NCBI GenBank assembly: GCA_028819565.1
Contig: JAPPLD010000027.1
Coordinates: 16,802-80,801 of the forward strand
Direction: 5' to 3'
Length of the DNA stretch: 64,000 nt
DNA from: Gammaproteobacteria bacterium
GTDB taxonomy: Bacteria > Pseudomonadota > Gammaproteobacteria > Poriferisulfidales > Poriferisulfidaceae
The position numbers were made by a program, and so were the translations under genes. This document shows, piece by piece, positions 20,995 through 31,762 of the stretch. Positions within the stretch are counted from its first letter, which is position 1, and each line of letters starts with the position of its first letter. A model generated the notes under the pieces. That model made no database searches, was not told where the DNA came from, and saw only the letters and a program-made list of their open reading frames with translations.

Positions 20995-22254
20995 TTAAGC
21001 CAGCCGTTCTTCGACGTCCGGATCCTCGTAAATCAGGTACGGCGATTTCTCGCCCAAGACCACGGCCTCGTCGATCACCACCCGAACCACGCCCTCGAAC
21101 GAGGGCAATTCGTACATGGTGTCGAGCAGCACGGTCTCCAGGATGGTGCGCAAGCCACGGGCGCCGGTTTTGCGCTCCTTCGCCTGCCGCGCCACCGCTT
21201 CCAGGGCATTGTCGCGAAATTCCAACGTCACGCCCTCCATCGAGAACAGCTTCTTGTATTGCCGGGTGATCGCGTTCTTCGGCTCCACCAGCACCCGGAC
21301 CAGCATGTCTTCGTCCAGTTCCTCCAATACCGCCACCATCGGCAGTCGGCCCACGAACTCCGGGATCAGCCCGTAGTGAATCAGGTCCTCCGGCTGCACC
21401 TGGTTCAGGATGTCATAGGAATCGCGCCTTTCCTGGCTGTAGATCTCGGCACCGAATCCGATGCCGCTCTTCTCGGTGCGGGAGCGAATCACCTTGTCGA
21501 GGCCTGCGAACGCACCGCCGCAGATGAACAGGATGTCGCTGGTGTTGACCTGCAGGAATTCCTGCTGCGGGTGCTTGCGGCCGCCCTGCGGCGGCACCGA
21601 GGCGATGGTGCCCTCAATCAGCTTGAGCAATGCCTGCTGCACGCCCTCGCCCGAGACATCGCGCGTAATCGACGGGTTGTCGGATTTGCGCGAAATCTTG
21701 TCGATCTCGTCGATATACACGATCCCGTTCTGTGCACGCTGTACGTCGTAGTCGCACTTCTGCAGCAACTTCTGGATGATGTTCTCCACATCCTCGCCCA
21801 CGTAGCCGGCCTCGGTCAGCGTGGTCGCATCCGCGATCGTGAACGGCACGTTCAAGCGGTTCGCCAGCGTCTCCGCAAGCAACGTCTTGCCCGATCCGGT
21901 CGGGCCGATCAGCAGGATGTTGCTCTTCGCCAACTCGACGTCGTCGTCCTCGTCGGCCCGGGAACTGACCCGCTTGTAGTGGTTGTACACGGCCACCGCC
22001 AGTGCCTTCTTGGCCTGCTCCTGACCCACCACGTGCTCTTCGAGCGAAGCGTAGATGTCCTCGGGGCCGGGCAGCGAATCCGGCCGCTGCTCGGTTTCCA
22101 CCTTCAACTCGTCACGGATGATCTCGTTGCACAGAGCCACGCACTCGTCGCAGATATAGACCTTTGGCCCGGCAATCAACTTGCGGACTTCGTGCTGGTT
22201 CTTCCTACAGAACGAGCACCGCAACGGCGCCTTCGTATCTTTCCCTTTCTCCAT
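20995..22254 (-). CDS. clpX: ATP-dependent Clp protease ATP-binding subunit ClpX
   Basis: Zinc-finger [18 protein letters not shown] and Walker A GPTGSGKT. Confidence 0.97.
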   Translation of the reverse strand: MEKGKDTKAPLRCSFCRKNQHEVRKLIAGPKVYICDECVALCNEIIRDELKVETEQRPDSLPGPEDIYASLEEHVVGQEQAKKALAVAVYNHYKRVSSRADEDDDVELAKSNILLIGPTGSGKTLLAETLANRLNVPFTIADATTLTEAGYVGEDVENIIQKLLQKCDYDVQRAQNGIVYIDEIDKISRKSDNPSITRDVSGEGVQQALLKLIEGTIASVPPQGGRKHPQQEFLQVNTSDILFICGGAFAGLDKVIRSRTEKSGIGFGAEIYSQERRDSYDILNQVQPEDLIHYGLIPEFVGRLPMVAVLEELDEDMLVRVLVEPKNAITRQYKKLFSMEGVTLEFRDNALEAVARQAKERKTGARGLRTILETVLLDTMYELPSFEGVVRVVIDEAVVLGEKSPYLIYEDPDVEERLA

Positions 22255-22283
22255 GCTCGTGCCCTGCCTGTGCCGCGTCCCGG

Positions 22284-22910
22284 TCAGTCAGAATTCGTAT
22301 TGTTCAGTAATTCCGTCCGGGTGGTCAGCACCTGGTCGACGATGCCGTACTTCTGCGCGTCCTCGCTGCTCATGAAGTGGTCGCGCTCCGTATCTTGCCG
22401 GATTTTATCAACTTTCTTGCCGGTATGCCGCGCCAGCACCTGGTTGACCTGCTCTCGGGCCCGTAGGATCTCCTTGGCGTGGATGTCCACGTCGGTAGCC
22501 TGCCCCTCGAAGCCGCCGAGCGGCTGATGGATCATGATCCGCGAATGCGGCAGCGCGTAGCGCTTGCCGGGCGCGCCGGCCGCCAGCAACAGCGCCCCCA
22601 TGCTCGCCGCCTGCCCGATGCACAGGGTGCTGACGTCGGAGCGACAGAACTGCATCGTGTCGTGCACCGCAAGCCCGGCGCTGACCGAGCCCCCCGGGGA
22701 ATTGATGTACAGGGAGATGTCCTTGTCCGGGTTCTCCGACTCCAGGAACAGGATCTGCGCCACCACCAGGTTGGCCACGTGGTCGTCGATGCCGCCCACG
22801 ATGAAGACCACCCGCTCCTTGAGCAGGCGCGAATAGATGTCGTACGCGCGCTCGCCGCGCGCGCTCTGCTCCACCACCATGGGGATGTATTGGGATTGGA
22901 TTTCAGTCAT
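22284..22910 (-). CDS. clpP: ATP-dependent Clp protease proteolytic subunit ClpP
   Basis: 208-aa portion from [15 protein letters not shown] with the catalytic Ser region GQAASMGA. The upstream ORF extension is rejected. Confidence 0.93.
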   Translation of the reverse strand: MTEIQSQYIPMVVEQSARGERAYDIYSRLLKERVVFIVGGIDDHVANLVVAQILFLESENPDKDISLYINSPGGSVSAGLAVHDTMQFCRSDVSTLCIGQAASMGALLLAAGAPGKRYALPHSRIMIHQPLGGFEGQATDVDIHAKEILRAREQVNQVLARHTGKKVDKIRQDTERDHFMSSEDAQKYGIVDQVLTTRTELLNNTNSD

Positions 22911-24208
22911 CGTCCGGTCCGCTCGCCCAGTTGTTCCAGCGTCATACGCTCCTTTTTCACTGTAGCATGTTCCAGCACCCAGCGGATGATGGCGTCCCAA
23001 GTCGCCTCGCGCTGCAAGTGCCCGCGCACATCCGGATTCCGTCGCGCATTGCGCCGGGCCGCCGCCGAATCCTTGAACTGCCCGGCATAGGCATCCTCGA
23101 TCCGTTTCTGATCCTCTTCGGTCGGCTCCGTCCCGCTCGACGCGCGCAATGCCTGAAACGCCGTGATTCTCTGAGCATCCAACAGCGCCATCTGGTGGAT
23201 CGGGTGATCCCCGCCCAATTCCTGCTCCGGCGGAATCCCCATTTCTTTCACACGTACCAACAAGCACCATTCCCTAAGCGATTCGGGCACCGGCAATGCC
23301 GGCTCTTTCCCCGCCGCAAGACCCTGCGTAATCTGCCCAACCAGGTACTCACGCTGCATCTCCACCCGTCGGTAATCCAAGTGCGCATGCACGGAATCCC
23401 GGATTGTCTCGCGCGTCGCGCCCGCACCACCGCATTGTGCGAGCCACGCCGAATCCTCCCAGTCCGGTAACACGGCCTCGCGCACCTCCTGCACACGAAC
23501 CCGGAATTGCCGGGTCTGCCCAGACAAGGGGTGTCCGTCGGTCCGTTCCGCAAAGGCCACCTGCGCCGATTTCTCGTCACCCGTGCTCATGCCCGCAAGA
23601 TGTTCATGCAACTCTTCCAGCATCGTGCCCGGCTCCAGCACCAAGGCCATGTCCGGGCTGTCCTCGACGATCTCCGCGAGCGTCTCGTCCATCCCGCAGG
23701 TTGCGTACTGGAACGCCACCTGGTCGCCGACCGCTACCGGCCGCTCCACCGCCTTCCACTCAACGGACTGGCGGCGCAGCCGCTCCATCCCTTCTTCCAC
23801 CTCCGCATCTTCCACCGCAGCCTCGGGTTCGACCAGCGTCAACCCCGAGACCTTCGATTCCGCAAGCTCCGGATAGACATCGAACCGGGCTTGGTACTTC
23901 ATCGGGCGGTCTTCGCCGTACTCTTCCACCGTGACCCGCGGATCGACGACTGGCTGCACTTTTTCCGCCGCCAGCGCCTCGCGGAGGGAATCGTTGGCCA
24001 GTTTCTCCACCACCTCACCGTAGACCTGCGGGAGATGGCGCTGCCGAACCACCTGCACCGGTATCTTGCCTGGGCGAAAACCCTTGATGCGCAGAGTCCG
24101 GGAAAGTTGTCGGAGACGGTTTTCGACCTGTTCGACGAACTGCTGCTGCGGCACCGTAACCCGCAGGGCGCGCGCCGTCGATCCTAAAACTTCAAGGGAA
24201 ACTTCCAT
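22907..24208 (-). CDS. tig: trigger factor
   Basis: [20 protein letters not shown]... plus an FKBP-type middle domain. Conserved tig-clpP-clpX-lon order. Confidence 0.9.
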   Translation of the reverse strand: MEVSLEVLGSTARALRVTVPQQQFVEQVENRLRQLSRTLRIKGFRPGKIPVQVVRQRHLPQVYGEVVEKLANDSLREALAAEKVQPVVDPRVTVEEYGEDRPMKYQARFDVYPELAESKVSGLTLVEPEAAVEDAEVEEGMERLRRQSVEWKAVERPVAVGDQVAFQYATCGMDETLAEIVEDSPDMALVLEPGTMLEELHEHLAGMSTGDEKSAQVAFAERTDGHPLSGQTRQFRVRVQEVREAVLPDWEDSAWLAQCGGAGATRETIRDSVHAHLDYRRVEMQREYLVGQITQGLAAGKEPALPVPESLREWCLLVRVKEMGIPPEQELGGDHPIHQMALLDAQRITAFQALRASSGTEPTEEDQKRIEDAYAGQFKDSAAARRNARRNPDVRGHLQREATWDAIIRWVLEHATVKKERMTLEQLGERTGR

Positions 24209-24231
24209 CGTTCTTGTTGTGCGGGAGGATG

Positions 24232-24317
24232 TGGTGCGAAAGGAGAGACTCGAACTCTCACGGGATAATCCCACTGGCACCTAAAGCCAGCGCGTCTACC
24301 AGTTCCGCCACTTTCGC
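24232..24317 (-). tRNA. tRNA-Leu (TAG)
   Basis: The reverse complement is GCGAAAGTGGCGGAACTGGTAGACGCGCTGGCTTTAGGTGCCAG...CTCCTTTCGCACCA, a long-arm class II tRNA. Confidence 0.85.
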
Positions 24318-24384
24318 CCTGTCGCGGACTTAATAGTATAAGGAATGGAACCGGTCTGTGGACGGCCTGCCTTGAAGGAGCGCC

Positions 24385-24771
24385 TCAGGAATGATTCCCG
24401 CCCGCAAGCGTAACCACGAAAGTGGCGATGGTTCCGGAAATACCGGCGATCACTCCGGCACCGATCAGAAAGCGCCAGTACATCGTGGCAAACTGCTCCT
24501 GTATCTCCGCCCGTATCTCACTGCGAAAACTCCCGATTTCACTGCGCAGGACGAGTTCCAGCTTTTCCAGTCCGGTTCGCAGGTCGTCTTTCGTGGCGAA
24601 ATCAACCTGCGCCTCCCGGATGGTCTCAACGATGGCCACAGCCTGTTGTTCCCGGAATTCCGCTTCCTTCAGGTTCTCGACTGCTTTCATTGTATCGAAC
24701 CCGGGCGGACGCAGAGCGGGCTGCTTGCGCGAACCGGAAGCGGGAGCAGATTTCTGAGCGTTCGGGTCCAT
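24385..24771 (-). CDS. DUF1640-like coiled-coil protein with C-terminal TM anchor
   Basis: AAGGAGG RBS before ATG (MDPNAQKS...). The C-terminus LIGAGVIAGISGTIATFVV is paralogous to the 5964-6155 product. Confidence 0.5.
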   Translation of the reverse strand: MDPNAQKSAPASGSRKQPALRPPGFDTMKAVENLKEAEFREQQAVAIVETIREAQVDFATKDDLRTGLEKLELVLRSEIGSFRSEIRAEIQEQFATMYWRFLIGAGVIAGISGTIATFVVTLAGGNHS

Positions 24772-24868
24772 GTGGAATTCCTCCTTGCAGGATAGGCCAT
24801 GAGAGTACCCTCTGGGCCCATCCGGTGAAAACTTCAATCCTGCCGAGAGGAAGGGAGAAAGCAAGAAA

Positions 24869-24901
24869 CAATGGTCTGAAAATTCCGACCATTTTTCCTT
24901 G
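24869..24901. repeat. 33-bp palindromic intergenic element, copy 1 (AATGGTCTGAAAATTCCGACCATTTTTCCTTG)
   Basis: Near-identical copy at 25886-25918. Inverted repeat AATGGTC-N10-GACCATT. Lies 79 bp upstream of the CPBP gene. Confidence 0.7.
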
Positions 24902-24979
24902 CCTTTTGGGCTTGCTTGGTGTAGTCAGTTCCATTTCCTCTAAAATCATGGGTTTCCGAATATTGGTGAATCGATTCTC

Positions 24980-25828
24980 GTGCGAAGCTTCTGGACCTAC
25001 GCTCTCCTGCTGCTCGCCGCACTGGCGGGCGGTGCTTTCCTGTGGGGCCTGATCTATGCGGTCTGGCCGCTGCCGGTCCCGCACCACAAACTCGTCAAGT
25101 ACGGTGCTTTACTGGTCGCCGTCGTCGTGCTCGTGCTGTGGGCGCGACGCCGGGTTACCCGGGACGCCCTCGGCCTGAGCGGCGGCATCGAATCCCTGTT
25201 CGTGCAAGGGTTGGTCGCATTCTCCCTCACGGCTGTCCTGCTGATACCCCTGTGGCTGTTCCTCCTTGAGATGAACGCGCGTTTCCTCGATCCCTGGATG
25301 TGGAGCCTTGAGTTGAGCTACAAGCTGGCCGGATACCTGGTTGCGGCACTCGCCGTCGCGACAGTGGAAGAACTGTATTTCCGTGGTCTCCTGCTGTCGC
25401 GAGTGTCCGGCTACGGGTTGCCGCTGATCGCCTCGGCTCTGTTTTTCGCCGGCATCCATTTCCTCAATCCAACGCCTGATTCGGGATTGGCGGACCAGTG
25501 GAACGGAGGGTGGCTGCTGCTTGCCAATGCCACGCTCGACATGCCCGAACAATGGTTGGAGCAACTGCCCCGTCTGTCTCTTCTGCTTCTAATCGGTCTC
25601 GGTCTCGGCCTCGTGCGACTGCGCACCGGCAGCCTGGCGTTCTGCATCGGCGCACATGCCGCCATGGTCTTCAGCCTTAAATCCTTCCAGTTCTTCACCT
25701 ATCCCGGTCCTTTTGGGCCCGCCTGGCTCGGCACCGACGCGTCCGGTGGCTGGACCGGGGTCGCGTGGATGGCTATTCTTGTCCTCGGGCTCTGGCGCCT
25801 CTCTCCAAAACTCGGAAAAGCGCCCTGA
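24980..25828 (+). CDS. CPBP family intramembrane glutamic endopeptidase (CAAX protease/Abi family)
   Basis: Multi-TM protein with the EELYFRG motif and downstream His motifs typical of the CPBP/Abi family. Confidence 0.75.
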   Translation: MRSFWTYALLLLAALAGGAFLWGLIYAVWPLPVPHHKLVKYGALLVAVVVLVLWARRRVTRDALGLSGGIESLFVQGLVAFSLTAVLLIPLWLFLLEMNARFLDPWMWSLELSYKLAGYLVAALAVATVEELYFRGLLLSRVSGYGLPLIASALFFAGIHFLNPTPDSGLADQWNGGWLLLANATLDMPEQWLEQLPRLSLLLLIGLGLGLVRLRTGSLAFCIGAHAAMVFSLKSFQFFTYPGPFGPAWLGTDASGGWTGVAWMAILVLGLWRLSPKLGKAP

Positions 25829-25885
25829 AACTAAGATTCGGCACCCTTTTTTGTTTCATAACTAATTGATTCATAAAAGATAAAA

Positions 25886-25918
25886 ATGGTCTAAAAATTC
25901 CGACCATTTTTCCTTGAT
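25886..25918. repeat. 33-bp palindromic intergenic element, copy 2
   Basis: One mismatch to copy 1. Lies 49 bp upstream of the pilL-like start. Confidence 0.7.
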
Positions 25919-25966
25919 TTCGCCTCTTCGCTGGCCTAATGTGGCAGGACCAACCGGAGCCTGCCC

Positions 25967-26731
25967 ATGCGCGGAATCTTTCTTGCCTGCTGTCTCGCCC
26001 TCCCCGGCCTGGGGTCGGCCGCCGAAGATCCTGTCCCCATCGCCCGCTACGCCTACCTGATACCCGGCAGCAGCCATGCGCAACGCCATCCTCTTCAGGT
26101 TACCCTGACCCAAATCCGGTTTCCGCAGGAAATCGCCACCGTCGGCGACGCCTTGGCCCACCTGCTGACGCGCTCGGGCTACCACCTCGACGAACAGCGC
26201 AGCCACTGGGCAAAAACCATTCTGATGCCGCAACCGTTGCCGGAAGTCCACCGGGATCTCGGGCCCATTCATCTGTCGGAGGCTTTGAGCGTCTTGGCCG
26301 GAGGCGCTTGGCAATTCAAGGTCAATCCGCTGTATCGCACCCTGATTATCCAGCCAACCGAAGAGTGGCAGGCGCAGCTGGAGCGGCAGGCTCCCCCTAT
26401 TGAAATCGAGGATGCCCAAAGCCTCGCGATGGAAGGCCCGGGTCCGGCGGCAACGGATCTGCCCTTGCCGACCGGCTTGCATGATCCGGCCGAGATCTTC
26501 GTCGAAGACATGACCCTGCAGGAAGCATTGGACCTGATCGTCCCCGTCGGCTGGACGCTTCGCCCGGAAGTCCCGGCCGCCCTTTTGCAAGCCCGGGTCT
26601 CGCTGATTTCCTCGACGACCTGGTGGGATGCCCTGACCGAACTGGCCCGAAAACTCGGAGATCAGGCCCAAGACGAATTCGTCCTGCACGTCTTCGAAGA
26701 TCAGAAACTGGTCGTGTTGGGACAGCCGTGA
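25967..26731 (+). CDS. pilL: type IVb pilus biogenesis lipoprotein, PilL-like
   Basis: Signal peptide. First gene of a pilL-N-O-P-Q cluster. Assignment is mainly by context and size. Confidence 0.45.
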   Translation: MRGIFLACCLALPGLGSAAEDPVPIARYAYLIPGSSHAQRHPLQVTLTQIRFPQEIATVGDALAHLLTRSGYHLDEQRSHWAKTILMPQPLPEVHRDLGPIHLSEALSVLAGGAWQFKVNPLYRTLIIQPTEEWQAQLERQAPPIEIEDAQSLAMEGPGPAATDLPLPTGLHDPAEIFVEDMTLQEALDLIVPVGWTLRPEVPAALLQARVSLISSTTWWDALTELARKLGDQAQDEFVLHVFEDQKLVVLGQP

Positions 26732-28242
26732 ACCCACGCGCTGCACTGCCCCTGGTCGCACTCGTGCTGTATGCCTGCGCCAGGCCGGAGGTTTCGCCCG
26801 GTGAAATCCATCTCCCACAACCGTTGGATGCTCCGACCGCGACGCCAGCCTCGCCGATACCGCCTCGCCCGTTTGTCCGCATCGAGCAACCGCACGCGAA
26901 AAACGCCGATTTGTCCGTCACTCTCAACCTCAGGGAGGTCACGCTGGCCGAATGCCTGACCCGGGCCGACCCGGCCCTGAACCTCGTGCCCGCCACCCCG
27001 GAGATCGACCTGAGCCAGCGCTACAGCGTCCGCGTCAACAGTCTCAACCTTCGGCAGTACCTGGACATTCTCGAGGGCATGACCGGCTACGCGCTGGAAC
27101 TGGACCCTGAATTGCCGATCGTGCACGTGTCGTCCTACCTGACGCGTTCCTGGGACGTCAGCACGTTCGCCAGCCACGGCCAAGCGAAACTCAAGGTCGG
27201 CCAAGCCGTCTCACTGTCTTCTTCCGCCGGAAGCAAGGACGGCAAAGAAAGCGAAGGCGACAGCCGGTCCGAGGAGGGAGCCGCGACGGTGACTTACGAC
27301 CACACGGATTCCCCATGGGAAGACCTGCTCGCCAATGCGCGTTCGATCCTGGGGGTGTCCGATGCTGGAACAGCACCGACACCCGGGGCACTCCCTCAAA
27401 CCTGGCTGGTCGCGGATCAACGCCTTGGCCTGCTGCGAGCACGAGGACCGGTTTCGCGCATCCACGAACTCGATGCCTGGCTGACCGAACAGACCCGCAG
27501 GGGTGCACGGCAGATCTTGATGGCCGTTGCCATTCTCGACGTCTCCCGTGAGGAAGGATTCGGCGGCGGACTGGACCTGAGCCTACTCTACGATTCGGTG
27601 GACCGGCGCATCGCCGCCTCCCGAACCGTACCCGGCAACCTGTCTTTCGTACGCGCTGGCGGAGCTTGGGAAGTCGATGCGGCACTGGAGTTTGGGCGCT
27701 GGAGTCTCAACGCCATGGTGCAGCAGCTATCGCGGCACGGCCAAGTCACGGTCCGCAGCGACCCGGTCTTCACCGTCGTCAACGGCATGACGACTTTCCT
27801 CGGCGATGGCGAGGAAGTCAGTTTCATTGCCGGCACCGACCTGGTGCTCGGTGAAGGCAGCCGCGAACCGGTTCTTGCCACCGAATTCGAGCACATCCGG
27901 GTTGGCTTCCGTATCGCCGTCACTCCGCGTATGCGCCATGACGGTTCCATCCTGGTTGAAGTCGTCCCGGTGCTGTCGTCGATCCGCTCGCACAGCGAAT
28001 TCGAGACCGGCGTCTCCACTGTCGTGCGACCCAACATCGCCATCCAGGAAATGGCCACGCTGGCCATCACCCGGAGCGGCAAGCCTATCCTGCTCGGCGG
28101 GCTGATCCAGAGTCGGTCATTGCAGGCTGCCCACCAACTGGACTGCGACCATTTCCTGTGCCGGGCCTTCGCTGCCTCCACCTTGGAAAAGACCAATCGG
28201 GAATTGATGATCGTCATCACCCCCATCGAGGTGGCCATTTGA
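26728..28242 (+). CDS. pilN: type IVb pilus secretin lipoprotein, PilN-like (GspD/secretin domain)
   Basis: C-terminal secretin domain (ITRSGKPILLGGLIQ...ELMIVITPIEV). Probable GTG start overlapping the pilL stop. Confidence 0.75.
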   Translation: MNPRAALPLVALVLYACARPEVSPGEIHLPQPLDAPTATPASPIPPRPFVRIEQPHAKNADLSVTLNLREVTLAECLTRADPALNLVPATPEIDLSQRYSVRVNSLNLRQYLDILEGMTGYALELDPELPIVHVSSYLTRSWDVSTFASHGQAKLKVGQAVSLSSSAGSKDGKESEGDSRSEEGAATVTYDHTDSPWEDLLANARSILGVSDAGTAPTPGALPQTWLVADQRLGLLRARGPVSRIHELDAWLTEQTRRGARQILMAVAILDVSREEGFGGGLDLSLLYDSVDRRIAASRTVPGNLSFVRAGGAWEVDAALEFGRWSLNAMVQQLSRHGQVTVRSDPVFTVVNGMTTFLGDGEEVSFIAGTDLVLGEGSREPVLATEFEHIRVGFRIAVTPRMRHDGSILVEVVPVLSSIRSHSEFETGVSTVVRPNIAIQEMATLAITRSGKPILLGGLIQSRSLQAAHQLDCDHFLCRAFAASTLEKTNRELMIVITPIEVAI

Positions 28243-29111
28243 TGATTACACTCGACCGCCCTATCCGGATCGGCTCACGCCAAGTAATCCTGGTGGACGA
28301 CCTGGTGCTGACGCATCTCACCGGTGCTTTAGCTGAACGTCTGATGGCCGTCGCTTCAGATGATCCGGAACTGCCCCTCTATGTCGAGCAAGAATCCGTC
28401 GACGCCCTGTCTGAACTCTATCCCGGCCTACCCCTGTACGGACTCTGGCAGGTCCTGGTCGCGTCCGGGCTCATCCCGCAGAAACCCGGCCTGTACCAGG
28501 TCGCCACGGATACCGAGCCGCACGGGGGGCGCTACCTCCTTCGCGAAACCGGCAACGCCTGCAGCGGACGGATCACGGGCGAAACCCTGCTGGATGCGTT
28601 CGCACTAACCGACATCGCACCCGAGCCAATTTGGATCGACCCGGTACCCGAGATACTCAACCTTCCATCGCAGCCAATCCAAACCCTGCGATACCGCCGG
28701 GCTCAGAAGGCCCGTGCCCGCCTTCGAGCTCTGACAGCCGCTGCCATCATGGTTCTCGGCAGCGCGTTCGCCGGTACCGCGGCCGACCATATCCTGAGCC
28801 ATCGCCATGCACAAAAAGTACATCAGGCCGAACGTCTGCGCGAACAGACCGTCCGGCTGCAACAGGATCTCGCTCGTTTGGAAGCCAGCGGACGCATTGA
28901 ACCCATCGACCAATCACGCCGTCTCGATCAGTTGCTAGTCCTGTCCTGGAACTTCCAGCCAGTCGAACTGCCGCAAGCCTCTGTACTGGCCGCCTCGACG
29001 CTGACAGCCATCGTGTACCCGCTCGACACGCTCCCGCCCACTCCTCCAGCCGGGCTGATGGCCCGGCAGATCACGCACCAACCCGATGGCTCGCTTCGCA
29101 TTGTCTGGTAG
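28242..29111 (+). CDS. pilO: pilus assembly protein, PilO-like
   Basis: ATG overlaps the secretin stop. One TM segment (LTAAAIMVLGSAFAGTAA). Contextual assignment. Confidence 0.4.
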   Translation: MITLDRPIRIGSRQVILVDDLVLTHLTGALAERLMAVASDDPELPLYVEQESVDALSELYPGLPLYGLWQVLVASGLIPQKPGLYQVATDTEPHGGRYLLRETGNACSGRITGETLLDAFALTDIAPEPIWIDPVPEILNLPSQPIQTLRYRRAQKARARLRALTAAAIMVLGSAFAGTAADHILSHRHAQKVHQAERLREQTVRLQQDLARLEASGRIEPIDQSRRLDQLLVLSWNFQPVELPQASVLAASTLTAIVYPLDTLPPTPPAGLMARQITHQPDGSLRIVW

Positions 29112-29595
29112 CCGGTGGCAACCGCAAGGACTATTCGTGCTGTTCGGCATCCTATGTCTAAGCCTTGCGGGTCTTGCCGTAACTGTGCTCGACCAGAAGC
29201 GTGTCACCCCGGACTTGGCCGTAATTTCCGAACAGTACGCGCAACTTGTGCAATCCCGGCAACGCCTCGAAAGCCTGCCGCCGGTGCGTCCCATCCACTG
29301 GCAACTGCGGCGATTGCGCCAACTGGCCCGGGCTCTGCCGGGGGTGCATGAGATGAAGGTTATCGAAGCGGATCCGAGCTTCTACCCGGAAGCAGTCCAG
29401 CAACGAATCGGCAGTTTCGGTGGCACGGTGTGGAAAGTTGCGCTGCGCGGGACGTTTCCGTCCGTCGTCTGGCTGTGCCGAATCGCCCAACCACAGGTGC
29501 CGCTGATCGTGGACGAGATCCGGGCCTCGGGTGGAGTCGCGCATGTCGTGCTGTTCATGCTTGGTGCGAACCCCGACGTCAAGGGTGAGGCATGA
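29086..29595 (+). CDS. pilus assembly protein, PilP-like (membrane-anchored)
   Basis: N-terminal hydrophobic anchor LFVLFGILCLSLAGLAV. Within the pil operon. Start uncertain. Confidence 0.35.
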   Translation: MARFALSGSRWQPQGLFVLFGILCLSLAGLAVTVLDQKRVTPDLAVISEQYAQLVQSRQRLESLPPVRPIHWQLRRLRQLARALPGVHEMKVIEADPSFYPEAVQQRIGSFGGTVWKVALRGTFPSVVWLCRIAQPQVPLIVDEIRASGGVAHVVLFMLGANPDVKGEA

Positions 29596-30062
29596 GGGCG
29601 GCCTTGCTGGCAGTCGCCCTGTCTGCCCCGGTGCTGGCGGACGGCGATCCTGCCGGAGAAGTCTCCCGGCGAATTCTCCAAGAGGCCGAGACCCATATTC
29701 ACGAATTGCAGCGCCTGCATGCCACCGACGCGCTCCTTGAAATCCAGTTGCGGATCGCGAAGAAGCTCCAGGAATGCCGGCAGACCGGCTATCCCTGCCC
29801 GGGTGCGGAATTGATCCCGTCGCCGCCCGGAGAGGTGGATCACCCTGACCCGATCCCGGCGCGAACCTTAGATCTGCCGCGACTCATCAATATCTACCAG
29901 GGACGTGCGCAATTGCGCCTCGACAGCGGTCAGCACATCGAGGTTCGTTCTGGTCAGCAACTTGGGCCTTGGCAAATCCATTCGGTCGGCATTGACTCGC
30001 TCGAAGTCCAGGGCTCCGATGGAATGCGGTTTCGGATCCCGCTTGAGGGGAGGGTGCCGTGA
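29592..30062 (+). CDS. secreted pilus-associated protein (PilP/PilM-like, uncertain)
   Basis: Signal peptide MRAALLAVALSAPVLA. Translationally coupled within the pil operon. Confidence 0.3.
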   Translation: MRAALLAVALSAPVLADGDPAGEVSRRILQEAETHIHELQRLHATDALLEIQLRIAKKLQECRQTGYPCPGAELIPSPPGEVDHPDPIPARTLDLPRLINIYQGRAQLRLDSGQHIEVRSGQQLGPWQIHSVGIDSLEVQGSDGMRFRIPLEGRVP

Positions 30063-31762
30063 GCGTTCTACCCGGTCGGATCATGCAACGCTTCGAGGCG
30101 GTCCGTCAGATGCTCGTCAATTCCGGTGCCCTGCCGTCGAATGCCATGCAACTGGCCTGCCCGGACACCCCTGAGGCGATTGTCCCTCGCCTGCTGCGGG
30201 CTGGTGCCGATGTGGAATCGGTCACGCTAGCCCTGTCGGAGGCTTTTTCGATACCAGTGTATTCCGAGAACCTGCACGGCCCTTTGGACTATGCCGCGGA
30301 TGGTGCCGTGGCCTGGGCCGACGGTCGATTGTTCGTGACCGACCCGTTCGCCTGCCAACACCTGATCCGCAATCCGCAACTGGCACTGCCGAGGGATGCC
30401 TTGAGCCGGCACCGCGGAGAAACCGGGCTGATCCCGATCCAGCCAGACGCCCGCTCCGAAAAGGTCCAGGATCCGTCCCTGTCTCCGGAAGCGGAACAGG
30501 TTCTGCACGAATGGCTCACGCTCGCCATTGACCATCAGGCCAGTGACCTTCACATCGTGCCGCGCGACAACGAGGCCGTGGAAATCAAGATGCGCCGAAA
30601 CGGCCTGCTCCTGACCCTGCGTGAGGAACGCATGGTGATGTCGGAGAGATGCAACTACCGGCTGATCTCCAACACCCTGCTGACCTTGTCCGGGAACCAG
30701 CACGGGGTCTACAACACGCCAAAGGACGGCAGCCTGGAGATGTCCCTGAGGGGGCAGGTTTTCTTCATCCGGGTCAACATGTGTCCGGTCACCATCGGCC
30801 GCAAGGTCTGGGGTTCGTTCACGCTGCGCATCGCGGCCGGCTACCAGCGTTCGGTGCAGACCTTGAGTCAATTGGCCTTGGGTCCTGCTTTCATCAAGTC
30901 ATTGCGCCGGATCGTCGCCATGAACAGCGGCCTGTTCCTGCTGACCGGCCCAACCGGAGCAGGCAAAACCACGACTTTCTATGCACTGGTGATGGAGATC
31001 CTTCGGCGCAACCGAAGCCAAGTCTCCATCAAGACGCTGGAGGACCCTATCGAGGTGCAGATCCCGGGCATCGACCAGATCCAAATCAACGACGACATCG
31101 GCATGAGCTACGCCACAGGCCTGCGCGCACTCCTCCGCGCAGACCCGGACGTCATCCTGATCGGTGAAATCCGGGATGAGGAGACGGCGCAACTCGCCTG
31201 CCGGGCGAGCCTGACCGGCCACCTAGTGCTTTCCACCCTGCACACCAACAACAGCCTCGGCGCCATCGAACGCCTGCGCAATCTCGGCGTCCACTCCCAC
31301 CTGATCGCCGACACCCTGGCTGCTGTCAGTGCGCAGCGGCTGGTCCGTCAAGTCTGTCCTCTTTGCGCCACGCATGGCTACGACGAAGCCGGCTGGGAAG
31401 CCACTGGCCTGCTTGGGCTCCCGCCGGGCGAGCATTGGCCGATCGCCCGCCCGGAGGGATGCGAGCGCTGCGAGCACAGCGGCTATCGCGGACGCATTTG
31501 CATCGCGGAAACCTTGTTCCTGGAGCCCCGGCTTGCCAACCGCATCGCCGACGGCTCTGGTCTGGCGCAACTGTACGACACCGCCCGCACCCAGGGATTT
31601 CACGGCCTTTGGGATCACGCCACGGACCTGGTCCGCGCCGGACAGACCACCTGGGCTGAATGCCTGCGCACCCTGCCCGAACCTCCCGGTGAACCCATTC
31701 AGATTCCCGAATCACACACCCTTCCCCTTCAACTTGCTTTCACGGAGAACCCCGCATCATGA
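30059..31762 (+). CDS. pilQ: type IV pilus assembly ATPase, PilQ/GspE family
   Basis: Walker A LLTGPTGAGKTTT, Asp box, and a tetracysteine motif (CPLC...CERC). Confidence 0.85.
   Translation: MSVLPGRIMQRFEAVRQMLVNSGALPSNAMQLACPDTPEAIVPRLLRAGADVESVTLALSEAFSIPVYSENLHGPLDYAADGAVAWADGRLFVTDPFACQHLIRNPQLALPRDALSRHRGETGLIPIQPDARSEKVQDPSLSPEAEQVLHEWLTLAIDHQASDLHIVPRDNEAVEIKMRRNGLLLTLREERMVMSERCNYRLISNTLLTLSGNQHGVYNTPKDGSLEMSLRGQVFFIRVNMCPVTIGRKVWGSFTLRIAAGYQRSVQTLSQLALGPAFIKSLRRIVAMNSGLFLLTGPTGAGKTTTFYALVMEILRRNRSQVSIKTLEDPIEVQIPGIDQIQINDDIGMSYATGLRALLRADPDVILIGEIRDEETAQLACRASLTGHLVLSTLHTNNSLGAIERLRNLGVHSHLIADTLAAVSAQRLVRQVCPLCATHGYDEAGWEATGLLGLPPGEHWPIARPEGCERCEHSGYRGRICIAETLFLEPRLANRIADGSGLAQLYDTARTQGFHGLWDHATDLVRAGQTTWAECLRTLPEPPGEPIQIPESHTLPLQLAFTENPAS

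Noticed and set aside
26623-26727. ATG-initiated N-terminal extension of the secretin ORF
   Set aside because: It overlaps the pilL 3' end. The GTG at 26728 gives a lipoprotein-like leader directly coupled to the pilL stop.
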